Shown here in pieces: positions 35,161-48,200 of a DNA stretch of 64,000 nt. Source of the stretch: Selaginella moellendorffii (taxonomy: Eukaryota; Plantae; Lycopodiophyta); assembly GCF_000143415.4 (NCBI RefSeq), contig NW_003314277.1, forward strand, positions 445,183 to 509,182, given 5' to 3'. How positions within the stretch are numbered: position 1 is the stretch's first letter; the number at the start of each line of letters is the position of its first letter. A model generated the notes under the pieces. It was not told the origin of the DNA. It saw only the letters and a program-made list of their open reading frames with translations, and did not search any database. Made by a program: the position numbers and the translations under genes.

Positions 35161-37872
35161 CGGACAGACGATACCATCCACAAACTAGTACAACACGTGT
35201 TGAAATTTTTGTCTCATGATTTGAGTAATTTAAATACTTTTTCTATCTCAATCATCTTTCAGATTTGTTAAAGTAAATTAAAGAGTTTGTATTTAAATAA
35301 AATTTAAAGACTTATGAAGTACTTATATATGTGATAATAACATATTACTTTTTAGGGTTATATATAACATAATACAAGTAGTACTTAGATTTATATAAAT
35401 CTATATAGGTTATATATAACATTATATATGTGATAATAACATATTACTTTTTAGGCTCATTGGAGTCTTAGCTGTGGCTGCCCATGCTCTTCCCTCTTGG
35501 CTTACCACATACTGATATACCAGAGGATTAGAAAACTTCAATAACAGAAATAAAACCCAAACTTATAGTATAACACCAAAGAATTGTATTAAACAAACTA
35601 AAATCTAATGTGCATTTGTTAAATATTTAAACCATCTCAAAGTCGCAAACCACTAACCTTAACTCAGACTTAACAAAACCTAAACCTAACTTGGACTCAC
35701 AATTATTGTCTTTGTTGAAGTTTGCAAAACTCACATTTTTTGTCTTTCATATCTTTTTTATCCTCTCTTTAAAAGAAAAAAATGTTTTGGAGCATTAGCT
35801 TTATTGTTGACCTATATGTATTTAGCCTCATTTTGTTATTATATCCATTTAAGGCCATTCTATTTAGATTTTATTGCTTATTTTTATTCCACAATTTATG
35901 TTATTTATTCTCCCTCTAATACTAATATCACTTGTTCTTTATTGTCAAGGTTGGACTTTCTACTTTGAAGAAAAATCAGTTTGAAGCAGGCAAAAAAAAA
36001 GAAGATAAATTAAAAATTAAAAAAGAAAGGATGTGAAAGAAGAATAAATGGATAAAAAATACTACAAAAGGAAATTTTAGTAGCAATTAAGAAGGCTAAA
36101 ATAAAGATATAAAAGAAGATCTGTTCACAATCTTTTATTATAAAAAGCTTTGTTTAAAAAATTTTCAATTATAAAATATTTTATCCAAAACTAAATAAGT
36201 AAGAGACTTGAGGAAAATTTATACTTAATAAATAAAGAAAGAAGTAGTACCAATAAATTAAAAGCTCTTAACAACACTCTCTTTGACAAAATTGGAATAA
36301 TCCTTAGAACAAAGGAATATTCAAGATTAGACGTTGAAAAAACAATCCAAGACTCTATTAAAAAAATTAAAAAGTGCAAGATTATTAATTACATACACAC
36401 TGTTAAAATTTGAGAAGGATAAAAAATACTCAATTGAACACCAAACTAAAAATTAGAGTAAAAATTAATCAATGTTAGACCTATAGACAAAAATTAGCTA
36501 ACACTAGCTATCCCTCTCAAATTATTCAATTTATCTGCAAGCTCACCACTCAATATGAGCCCAGAATTGAGGCAATATCACCATAAAGTTATATGTTTAT
36601 ACTTATAAAACTGATTTCTTTAAAATTTTGAATAAGAGTAAATTGGTCTTAGGGTTTCCCAATTTCGACACTGATGCAGCCGCGAAGATCTCGAGATTTC
36701 GTTTCCTCCGAGGTATGTGATCGTCTACTTCAGCATTTCGACACAAACCGCATTCTACCCTATAGGCGAAGATCGGTGACATGCGTCCAATCTATTGGGG
36801 CGGAATACGTCGTCTTACCAATTTTTTGCTTCTCTACCCAAAGATGCATACAGCCGTAAGAAAGCCATTGAAAGTCCAGGTAACTTTGTCTTCTCAACGA
36901 TATAGTTACTGACAGAGGATGATACTCCAGGTAAGACATTCTTGCAATGCACAAGCTTCGGAAATTAAACTTGCAATTCGTCCAATACCTCACTGACCTT
37001 TCCGTGGATTTCCCTTGAGAAACCGCTAGAGGTACTATAGCACAGAGCAAAAGCAAGTCTATAAGATGCTTCTTTCTTTCGGCTAAAGCAGATGATGCCA
37101 AGTTTGTTTTCCGACAAGCAGAGTTTTGTTTTCAGGTTTCTGGAACGAAAAATGCCCGCGCTTGTGGCTGGCATCACATGAAAAGATGACACCGATGGTG
37201 AGCTCTTTAGTTTGATGCGATCGATGCTTCTAAAAGCTTTCGTTTCTCGCAGGCACAGGACGATAGTCTTCACGAGAAGTTTTGAACGACGAGCTAAAGC
37301 TGAAAGACCTGCTAAAGTTTTAAACGAAGAGCATAACGTCGTGACGGTAAGTTTCATTTCCATTAGAACAGAGGTGAGTTTGAGGTCTTTTTCTCGTTCT
37401 GGCTCTCAGAGCCTTTTAGGCTACTAATCGTAAGAGGTCGCTTGGTTTTTGTTTCAAAACCTTGAACATGGTTTAAATCCCATTCTCGTTTAGCCGACGA
37501 GGTTTGGGACAAAGAGTTGTGTTTCGAGCTATAGACGTTTTTAAAAGCTCTTGGTTCTTACAGGTACAGGAGAAAGTTTTTCGAAGCTGCTAAAACTAGT
37601 GCTTTTGATCCAAAAGTATATATCCTGGTACATAAGGATTATCTGACGGTTATAAGCATTCGTGATCCAACGCTTGGTTTTCATTCTCACAAGAAGGCGG
37701 GAATATCGGGCGGTTGTGATTGAAGTTTCCATATCACATGCATCGGACGGCTGCGCTTAAATTTTTTGTGCCCGGGTGTTTGGGTTTAGGGCTTTAGGCA
37801 AACGCGAGCAAGAAGAGGTAATCCGGCGTCCTCCCCTCTTCGTCCTCGCGAGATCCTGTGCTTGCAGATACG

Positions 37873-40739
37873 ATGTCTAGGCGCTCCAGGAATGCTTCTG
37901 TGCCGGATCCGGCAGCGTCTAGTGCCTCTGGCGGCGATATTTCGGAGGCGGATCGATCGATTGCGGTATATTTCGATTCGGCGCAGGCTTGTCGCGTGAT
38001 TCCCTGATGGAGCTTTGATTTCCAAGGGCGAATCTTCATCCCGGGCGTCGGCATCGGAGCTTGGCGGCTTGATGATGCAAATGAAGCTCGACGACAGGGT
38101 ATTTTCTCGGTTTCCTCACATTTCTCTCTCAGATTCTTGTGTCACAGCCAAGCCTCCGGATGAGAAATTTCTTTGTCTCGGCATCCGAGATTCTAAGCGA
38201 GGTACTTTCTGAAAGCTTGAGACTTCTTCTACGGGGCTTCTAAGCAGCAGTTTGTTTGTGAACTTAGGGTCCCCCAACAATTCGCAAAAACATGGGGATT
38301 GAGCTCTCCAACCTTCCCGACGATGAGGTACAAATCGACTCTACTAGTTTAAAGCTTTTATTCTCATCTGACCACGCTGGCTTGTTGTTAGATCATTGCG
38401 CGCTTGTTCTCGGACGATCGCTGGAAAGAACTGCGAGGAAAGAACGAGGTAACAACATACAACCAGTCCAAGCGTGTCACTATTTTTATTGCTGTGCTTT
38501 GCTTCTGGAAGGGCGCCTCGACCAGTGGTAGTGCGCCTGCATCCTGGGAGAGCCTTCCGGAGCTCAAGGAGGTGAGTTTACTAAAGACTGTTCGCTGCTT
38601 CTTTGGCTGGCGAACATCGAGGCCATGCTTGTTTTGCTCGGATTTCTGGAGAGCAGCAAACTTCTACCAGGATTTCTTTTGCTGCTGCTGTTTAAAGCTC
38701 AACTTCTTCCCTTTGTGCGCAGGACTTGTATCCCGGCATCTCACCAGAGGCTCAAAAACGGCAACGACTCCATAGCTTGATCACGAGAGCCCCAAGGGTG
38801 ATAGCTTTTAAGCTTGAAGACATGAATCGCCTGCGAAAAGAGCAACTCTCCACATCGGCGCTGAGTGGGACTATCGAGGCATTCAAATTGGGCGGAAGCA
38901 ACGATTTCATCCTCTATCTGTCCGGGCCGATCGAAGTTCGTCTCCTATTTGTAGCTCGAAGCGACTCTTCCCTGGAGGAACTGGAGGCACTATATCCCAA
39001 GGGAGCATCGGTAACCGTGAAAAAGCACTTTCGGCTGGAGGGACGCTGCGTTGTTGATAATCCAGGTAAAGTTGGTTTTATCATTTGTGTGTCATGACTT
39101 TCGGTGCTCAGGAAGCGTAGAGATCACGTCCTGCTTCCCGACGACCATGGAACTCTGCCAGAAAACATCAAGCGAGCTTCGCAGCTTGGGTAACAAGCAC
39201 TTTCTCAGGAAGGAATGCCTGGCGGCTATAGAGCTCTACAACCTGAGCATTTCGAAGGCTGACAACGAGAGGGACAAGCTTCTGGCTCTCGCAAACGCTG
39301 CCGAGTGCTACCTTGAGCTCGAGAACTTCTTCCTTGCCCTTCAGAACGCGGAGAAGGCTCTGGCGCTCGCGGATGCCACGGAGAACGTCCCCACCTCGGT
39401 GAAGTTGCTGACGAGGAAAGGGCGAGCTCTCCACGGAATGCTCCAGTACAAAGACGCAGTGCAGGCTTACAAGCTAGCTCTCTCGCGCTGCAGCAACGGT
39501 GAGGCGTATAACGATCAACGGGCTCACCTCATCAAGCTCATGGACAAGAGCGAAGAACGCGACATCTCCGACGACCTCCACCGCTACCTGAGCCGAGGCT
39601 GCAAGAGCGACGATGCTCCACCTTTCCTAGACTTTGTCGGGCCAGTGGAGCTTGCTCCCCGCAAAGAAGGTGCCATTGGCCTGTTCGCCACCGAGGACAT
39701 CAACCCTGGGAAAATCGTCCTTCTGAGCAATGCACTGGGCTACGTCCGTGACATGTACGCCGAGCATGCCGCTGTCGACGTCTACGTCAACCACTTGCGA
39801 GCCGCCCTGACCTCTCGAAGAAGTTGGCTGCAGCTCCATTACCTTTGGAGCCAGATTTTCGACGAGGATAACGCCAGGATCCCACCGATGCAAGTCTTCA
39901 AGCCAAACTCCGACATTGACTGGACAAAGAAGCGTGCCGTGGAGACGGACAAGATCAGGCAGATACTCGAGCACAACTTCAAGCTGGGCTTTCTCGGGGG
40001 CGTGTGGACACTGCCGGGGTTCATCGCACACAGCTGCCGGGGGAACTTATGCGTGGTGCAAGTTGGACCCGCCAAGATCTTCCGGGCTAACGCGAAAATC
40101 GTCAAGGGAGAGGAGCTCACGTACTCTTATGCTCCTTCACTCGAGATGCTCCCCGTGGCCCTCCGCCATGAGTTTATCAACTGGTGCCGGTGCTGGCGGT
40201 GCACAACCGAGATGCTGTACTGGCGATGCGGCGGTCCCTACGAGAGCCTGTGCGTTCGCTACCTCAAGCACCTCAGGGAGTACAGGAGAGTCACCGAAGT
40301 GAACCCCAAGAACAGGCGACAGTTCATGGTAGAGCAAGAGCTCGTCCAGGTCGCGATAGACTCGGAGGAGATACTCAAGTACATGACCAACAGCAAGCTG
40401 AACAAGACGGTCCTACGCATATCCTTCGCTCCAGCGTACCTCCTCTACTTCCTCTACCAGGATTCCGCCCACCCGAAAGTCGCTGACGAGTTCTGCAACG
40501 ATTTCATGCACGCTACCGCGACGAACCTCGAGAGCTTGGAGACGCTCACGGCAGGCTTCCTTCCCACGGCGTTCTACCCGACGATGACGAAGGAGGAGGA
40601 GAAGTGGAAGACCGTGGCGGATATGGCCATCGACTTCTGCTTCATCATGCGCTATGGAGCGTCGATGACGAAGAGCGCGAGGGTCAAATTCCTGAAGTGG
40701 TTGCAGAGCGATGAGCCGGACAAAGCCAGGCGTGCCTGA
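37873..40739 (+). CDS. TPR + SET-domain protein (ATXR1/SDG35-like, SMYD-related) with extra N-terminal domain; copy B, apparently intact, 8 exons
   Basis: Six short phase-0 exons (MSRRSRN..., GESSSRA..., PSLRMRN..., GPPTIRK..., IIARLFS..., GASTSGS...) splice in frame to exon 7 (LEALYPKGASVTVK...VDNP) and exon 8. Exon 8 carries TPR helices, GLFATEDI, FIAHSCRGN, GEELTYSY and post-SET CRCWRC. Confidence 0.82.
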
Positions 40740-40967
40740 GGTATGTCTTCCATTCTCACTTTCTTCCATGAAGTTATAACGACGCGTCTCGTTTTTTCCA
40801 CGAAGGAAAAATATCGCACGCAACTTTGGACGGTGGTTTCACAATGACAAGATGGCTTCGCTGAAATCTCTGTGCCCGGGTGTTTGGGTTTTAGAAGTTT
40901 TAGAGCGAGAGGAGGTATTAATCCGGTGTCGGTTCCTTTTCTTTTCTTTGTCCTCGCGCTGTGAGAG

Positions 40968-41682
40968 ATGTCTAGGCGCTCCAAGCATGATTGTGAGCCG
41001 AGGATGCAAATATGTCGCCGAATGAGGTATAGTTTAAGTATTTGCGATTTGCCATTTTTAGATTTCCAATGGCGCATGCGTCGAACTCGTGTATCAACGG
41101 TTTCAGCATGGAAATGTGGCTGGTATTTTTCTCGGTTTCTTACATTTCTCTTGACAGATTCTCTCTTTTCTTCGTCACAGTCACTGTCGAGCCAGCTCCG
41201 GATTACAAATTTCTTTGCGTTGGAAAGCGAGATCCTTAGCGAGGTATAGTTTCTTTCTAATCAAGCGGTCGAGTTTTAAACCATTGCAACGATCCAGAGA
41301 GTAGAAACAATTCGCGCTTGAGCTCTCGAAACTTAACGAAAATGAGGTAGTAAATATAATCAGCTCTTCAAAAAAAATAATAATCCTTATGTGGAGATCA
41401 TCGAGGTCTTGTTCTTGGATGCATTCGGCAAGAGAGTGCAAGCCAAGAAAGAGGTTCGATCGAGCACCCTGGTCGTGACCAAATTTTTTTATTTTTTTAT
41501 TTTTTGCTTTGGAATGGCGCCTCGAGCAGTGATAGTGCATCCAGCGAGCCAACATTGTGGGAGAAGTTTAACGAGATCGAGGAGGTGAGTTTTCTCCTAA
41601 AGTTTATCAAGCTTGACTTGCGCAGCACTATTTTGGCGACGACCTCTGATTACGAGGCCCACTAAAGTGATAATCTTTGAGA
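40968..41682 (+). pseudogene. TPR-SET family copy D, 5' exons only, diverged
   Basis: ATGTCTAGGCGCTCC start and remnants of exons 3-7 (CAGCTCCGGATTACAAATTTC, GGCGCCTCGAGCAGTGATAGTG); breaks at the putative Helitron. Confidence 0.75.
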
Positions 41683-41799
41683 GGAAGTTATCTACTACTA
41701 TAAGGAGCAAACGCCGAACTTTGTGGGCCGCCGGATCTGGCCAATCACAGCCGTCCGATGGGGGGTAACTGTAAAGGGGTTATTTCTTTAACCACGTGT

Positions 41800-42110
41800 T
41801 AGCGAATAATCGTGCTGATGTTTGCTCCCGGCCAATGGGAGGCGGCCAAGCCGCATGGGGCGAGAGAGGAAGGCCCAGCAACACATGGCACATGCAAAGT
41901 GTTGACCGGAGATTGCTGCTCCAGGGCGTCACTCCGGGCAGGATCAAGTCCGTCGCGGCCCTTGGAGCGTGCTGTGGATTGCGATTTCTTCCGGTGGGTA
42001 AGCAAATCCACTCCCAAATGGTTGCTGCGGGCTGGGATTCGAGCTTGATCGTGTCTACTGCGCTGATTGACATGTATGCCGCGTGTGGCAGCTTGCGAGG
42101 CACCAGTTGT
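41800..42110 (+). pseudogene. PPR gene fragment
   Basis: VAALGACCGLRFLPVGKQIHSQMVAAGWDSSLIVSTALIDMYAACGSL, isolated and truncated. Confidence 0.8.
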
Positions 42111-42129
42111 TAACTAGGATTCTTTGTGG

Positions 42130-43067
42130 CCTGTGACAGGCATTGCAAATGACAGCAGGGATCCCTGCGTCGACACCTTTCGCACAGCAACACTGCCAAT
42201 GCTTAAGCACTTTGGTGTTCCAATCGAATTCCTAGAACTCAAGGTTGTTGCCTGCGGAGCTCCGCCCTTGGGTGGCAGTGAAGTCGTCCTCAAAGTTCCC
42301 ATTGTTCCCAAGAGCCTCACGGTCAGTTTCTCCAAACTCCTCTTCTTTTCTTTCTCTCCTCGCTAAGAATCCTTCACCAAGCTGCTACATGGGTGGATGA
42401 GGGCATGGTGAAACGTATCTGAGGAGTGAGTTACTCCACACGCATCTCACCTCATATGGCCAATCAAATGTGGCATGCTAAATCGCTTGCTCCCCGACGT
42501 GTACATCTTTACTGATCACTACACTAGTTCGGAGTCTGGGAAGTAAGTTCCATGATTTTGTGTTGCAAAGTAAACTTTTTTCATCTTGCTTCCTTTGTCA
42601 TGGCACAGATCTCTGGGCTATGGGATCTCATTGGTGACAAAAACGACCACCGGCTGCATTTTAAGCTCCGAGTGCGCGGCTACGCATTCAGGAGCATCCG
42701 AGCTCCAGCTTCCAGAGGACCTGGGGATGCAAGCAGCCATGTCCTTGCTACAAGAGATAAAGCTGGGAAGAGTTGTAAATTCAGCTCACCAGGTATCTAT
42801 CTGTGAAGCTGGAAAAGAAAGAAGGCGATCTCACAAACTTTCCTGTTTGCCATACAGGGGTTGCTGTTCATCCTCTGTGCTCTGTGCCCGGAAGATGTTT
42901 CCAAAGTCAGCGTCGGGAAGCTCTCTTCTTACGGTATCAAGACGCTGCAACACATCAAAGAATTCCTGGGAGTGCAGTTTAGTATCAAGCTTGACCCGGC
43001 GACAGGCACGGCTCTACTTACGTGCATTGGAAGTGGCTTCCAAAATCTCTACAGGAAAGTTTCATGA
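42130..43067 (+). pseudogene. RCL1: RNA 3'-terminal phosphate cyclase-like (RCL1) 3' half, with introns and premature stop
   Basis: GIANDSRDPCVDTFRTATLPML, GAPPLGG, WVDEGMVKRI* (TGA ~42420), LCALCPEDVSKV and CIGSGFQNL; 5' half absent. Confidence 0.85.
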
Positions 43068-45194
43068 GTCACTGGGGCCATAGCTCTAACAAAAGGAAAC
43101 CGAATCAGTTACATAGAACTTTTTCTTACCACGCTAGAAGCCATCGGTCTTTTCCAGCAGCAGCGCGTCCACTCTCCTTGATGTGCACAACGATTCCAGC
43201 TGCGGCCTCAAACTCCAGCCAGCCATCCACGACGATCATCTGCCTCTCATCGTCATCATCTGCTGATGCTCCCACTAAAGATAAGAAGCTGGAATACACT
43301 TTGGACGCGTTCACTATGTCCGTCACTACCAGCCGGGGGCTCTCGAAGTCCGGATGGCAGTGAGCTCCCGGAGGAACTTGAGCATGCAGCTGAAGATCGA
43401 GAACATTTTCCCATTAGATGTCTCCCGCATCAAACGTTGATGTCTTTTAGTGACTCAAGAACAGTGTAAGGCATGGGCATTTTAGACACAATCGGCTGAA
43501 AAAGCGTTTTAACCTGCAAAGAAGTCCAATGAAACCAGTTCCAGTTAATAAGGAGACATTTTGTATCTCCCGAACTATTTTTTGCTGTATATCCTGATGA
43601 AAATGGCAGTAAGAGGTGTGAGAAAAATTCCAAGTTGAACTAACTCACAGTGAAACCCTACCTCCCCCCCACCACAATATAGACTGTAGTTCAAAGTTCG
43701 TTACTTGAGAACAAAGAGTGAAAACTAAGTCATGATGAGAACTCCCCAAATCTTATGAACCGCACAAATCTAACTTAATTTTTCACAGGCATTTTGCACA
43801 GGCATCTGCCTATCCTCACTCAAAAGTAGTCACTTTACTTTTAGACCACATTAGATCAAAAGTGCAAAAGATCAAAATGTTGAAACCATATTAGAAGTTA
43901 AAAAGTAAGGTTTATTACTAGATGATTAGGGTTTCTCTCAAACAGACATCATTTTTTGGCTAAATCACAACTGTGGGGGGCTTTAACAATAAAAGTACAT
44001 ATTTATATTTTTATATGTAACCTTAGTTATTTATAATTATCAGAAAAACTACGATAATGTATGTAGTATTTGATTAAACAATAATATTTTAAAATATTTT
44101 TACTAATTTATTAGTATATAATACTATGGAATATAATATTTGAAATTATTATATATATCTATAAATAATTATTAGGCAGTAATTATTCTCTTTTATTTGT
44201 TTTTAATTTTTTATTTGTCAATTTGTTTTCTAAATATATTCATATTTCCAAATAATAATTTGTATATAATATTTTTATGAATGAATATTTTATCTTATTT
44301 ATGCCTAGGAATATATTTTGTCTAAATAGTTATATTATCAAGTGTACAAGAATTTATTTTTTTTTGCATCTAGCATTTTCTAGGCATAATTCTCTCAATC
44401 AAAGTGGAATATAATATTTGTTGTTTAAATACTATTCTAATTTAGTTTTTAATATATTAAAAAATCAAAAAAATATTTTGCTAATTACACAGCATATGCT
44501 AGGCAAGTGCTAGTCTTGGATATGAATTTATAAAAATAATGCTAGGTATATTGTTAAAGGTAATATGGTCGCTCAGAGGGCATAATCTTGGGGATTTTGG
44601 GACTGGCCGATAAGTACGTTAGAGTGAATTGACACATGCTCTTCTCCAAGTCTATCGCCACTGCCATGAGTTCTTGCTCCAGGAGCAAGAGCTCATGGCG
44701 GTGGCAATAGACTTTACCTCCTCTACTGCCGCGAGGTGCTCTAAGATGTGTTTGTGTAGCGATGGCACGGGCTCTCGTAGGGACTCCTGCACTGCTCTGG
44801 GCCCTCGTGGCTAGAAAACGAACTCTATCACATTCCTTCCCCCACTGGATTTTTTATGTCATGGTCGTCCTTGGCAAAAATCCTGGGAGGGACATCTAGA
44901 CATGGGTGGATACAAAGAAATTTCGTTGTTACTTGTGATTTGTGTTGTGTTCACGAAGAACGCTTGCAACCTCTAAACCCAAATCCTGGATCCCACTAGA
45001 ACTTTGACGTCATAGATGCTGACATGGATTCATGGCAGTGTAACGCAAAAGTGCACGAGGATCTTGGAGAGGCCCATCTCAAACGTACCGACAACACCAG
45101 CAACTGGCAAAATCCTTGTGGAGGTTCACGGGGAGGATCTCAAGCGATGGAGCATAGCAGAACTTGAGCTCGTCGTCTCTCTGCGATGTTCGAA

Positions 45195-45590
45195 GCCGCC
45201 CAGAAGATCTTGGCGGGTCCAACTTGCACCGTGTATAAGTTCCCCCGGCAGCTGTGTGTGATTATTCCTGGCAGCGTCCACACACCCTGAGAAAGCCCAG
45301 CTTGAAGTTGTGCTTGTTTATCTGCTCATTCTGTTCCGCCTCCACGGACCCTTCTTTGTCCATTTGAAATCAAAGTTCGTACACTGGCATATGGAGGTCT
45401 CTGGTGATCTCCTCTAAAAATTCTTGGAGTTCTTGGAGAGGTCAGCGCCACTCGCAAGAGCACGTCCACATTGGCAGGCAAGCTGATGTCACAGATGTAA
45501 CCGAGTGCAGGACGATCTTCCCAGGCGGGATCGCTTTGGTGGCAAACAAGCCGATGCCACTGTAGTCACGATGCCAAATCTTCACTGGCC
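45195..45590 (-). pseudogene. TPR-SET family SET-domain fragment (inverted)
   Basis: Reverse complement matches 39640-40080 (CACAACTTCAAGCTGGGCTTTCTC, GTGCAAGTTGGACCCGCCAAGATCTTC). Confidence 0.8.
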
Positions 45591-46198
45591 CTGGACATAG
45601 TCTCGAGGACTCAGGATTGGAAGGAACTGGCTTTGGAAGGGGTGTAGAAACAGAACCTGGATCTAACAGCGGTTCAAGGCATGAACACTTAGCGATCAGC
45701 CTTTTATGTGATGCTTAGAAAGGTTGTCTTATCTATGCCCGGAGGAAGTACAACACAAAAGCTCTCTTGGCTCTTATGAACAATTATTTGAAACTCATGG
45801 ATCATCAGTAAGAACAAGATATGCTTTTGCTATGGTGTGGTGGTATGTATATTTGTCTTTATTTTTCTGTTAACTTGCAGCTGTTTGTTATTTTGTGCAT
45901 TATAGTGTTATCTCTCCTTTACTGACGATGCCCTTGTCAGAAGCCAGAAGGCAACGGTTCGTGTTGCTGCATGTATTTTGTACTCAGGTAGGCATTTTAG
46001 CTTTTCTTACTAACGCAAACACTTGAGAAAAGCTGTGTTCTGTAAGTTTGGCATGTTGTATGTGACGATTGAAAGATCCTGCTCAAGGGAACTACCTTTT
46101 ACAGCACTTTTATGGAGGCTCATTCTATCTTGGCCTTCATGAGATATTTACCACCCACTGAAGTTGCTAGAAAGGCTCTGCCCTCCCTCAACCTGGGG

Positions 46199-46224
46199 GG
46201 GAGAGAGAGAGAGAGAGAGAGAGA
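46199..46224. repeat. (GA)n microsatellite
   Basis: Directly visible. Confidence 0.9.
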
Positions 46225-47499
46225 TGTGGCTAAAACAGTTGCATGCAAAAGAAACAAAGGAAATGGAAAGAAAGAACACACTAGAATGAAATGTGAATGA
46301 GGAGTGAGGTGTAAAGTTTGGAGTCACAGAGAAAAAACCATGTGAAAAAATTGTGAAGCCAAACTAAAACCTCAGAACTCTTGCGAAGAGAGGAGAAAAG
46401 AAAAGAAAAAAGAGAGAGAATCTAAAGAGAGGAAGTGGGAGCTAAGGGAGGTGAACACAAACTTTCGATCTCTGACACCTCTTAAAAGTAACTCGCATAT
46501 TGCAAGTTCACCCAAAGTTCCTAGAACAAAGTGAAAGAAGGAATAACTGAAAGGATGAGGGACTGCCTAGAACTTCCTTTTGCTCCAATAATTAAATATC
46601 TTAAATTTAAAAGTTCCAAAGCAGGAGAAAAAGAGGAAAAAATGTGTTCTTAAAACTTTCATGGCTCATTCTATACATTGTCTTTTGATTTTCTATATAG
46701 GTTTTCATGGTTAAAATAAAACGAAACTAGGTACACATAGCATAGTTATTATGCAGCTAAAACCTTATACCTTATATGATTATCTTGAGCATCATTTCAA
46801 AACTAAAGTCTGATATTATTTTTAATGTATATTTATTTAAATTATTATTATGAAAGTGGAATATAATATAGTTTTCAATATAGTCAACATTGTGGTGTAA
46901 TACAAAACTAGAATACAATATGGTTTTTAGTGTAGATGTCATATAATTCTCTCAAGCACTATATAGAACTAGAACATAATCTAGTTTTTAATATAGTTAA
47001 CATTTTGGCAATATTTTGAAACTGGAACACGGTATGATAGTACGTTAGACAAAACCCTCATGAAGAAGTTTCTTCCTCGGTGGCTTGGCCCTATGACTGG
47101 TTCCTACTTGTTAGCAAATTTGGGTGATGAGCAGCATGATGTAAGAGTGGAAGTATATCAATTGAAGCTGTTTTGCATTCAATTATCAGCTCAACAATGT
47201 TGATATTTCTAGCACACCGCATTTGCCAGAAATGTTATTGATCAGGTCAACAACTGAATCTTGATGCGTGCTTTTCTCATGCTCCTCATGTGGCTGCCTT
47301 GCTGAAAGGGCCAGTATTCCTTCTTCTTGTCTTGCTCCTCCACTGGCTCCTTTTTGGTCTTGAATAAGAACACAATGTCGTTGTCATCACACAGAGAATG
47401 TCTGTTTTCAGAGAAATTGGATTTCTAAATGAGACATTCAAGATTTCTCCATTCCTATTGTCCCTGTTACACTGGCATCACTCACATCAACGTCATCCC

Positions 47500-48200
47500 G
47501 GCCTTGCAATGAAGAGGTTAAATCTGAAGACTTAAAATGACTGATCTTGGAGAGATCTCATACCGTCTTGGTTTACAACTTGTAAGATTGAGATAGAAAA
47601 TCAATATTCCTCCAACAAGATAAGTTTAAAAGGAAATTACATGATAAGTATTTTGATGGAAATACAGCTCATGCTCTTGCAAGTACCGGTACCTCAGCCA
47701 TAGACCATGTGCTAACATGAGGCCTCAGGACGAGGAAGATAGAAAAGAAATGAAAAGTAAGCTATTTAAGAAGCTACTGGGAAGTTTAATGTACTTATCA
47801 ACAGTCTTAAGGCATGATATTTCAGCATTGTGTCAACTAGAAGCCAATACATGCAAGATTTTGGATTAAAACATTGGTTTGTAGCTACGAGGATTGTGAA
47901 ATACCTTCATGAAACTCTAAACCGAGGAATAAAATTCTTAGGGGAGTGATTACTAGCTGGATTTGCTGATGCAGATTACATGGACATTAGAAAAACTAGA
48001 TTATGATGGTGTTTCAGGATGTATGGAGCTATGAATTGGAGTATCAAGAAACAACCCATGGTTGCTCAATCTAGCTGTGGAGCAGATAGAGAATTTGCGC
48101 TAGAAGGCTTTTAGTGGATTTGGGTGTGGAGCAAGGGATGCCCACCGAAATTAACAATGACAGAACCTTTGCCATTGCATTGGCTCACAAGCTGGGACCA
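47500..48200 (+). mobile_element. Ty1/copia RT-RNase H remnant
   Basis: Fragmentary translations MTDLGE, LLGSLMYLSTVLRHDIS, GFADAD and WSIKKQPMVAQSS in copia order. Confidence 0.8.

Larger units (their letters stand above)
41691..44513 (+). mobile_element. Putative non-autonomous Helitron carrying captured gene fragments
   Basis: 5' A|TCTACTACTATAAG; 3' palindrome AGCATATGCT followed by CTAG|T; AT-rich subterminal region; encloses PPR and RCL1 fragments; no TSD. Confidence 0.62.

Noticed and set aside
43126-43500. Possible crooked-neck/HAT-repeat fragment (ERQMIVVDGWLEFE)
   Set aside because: Similarity too short to assign.
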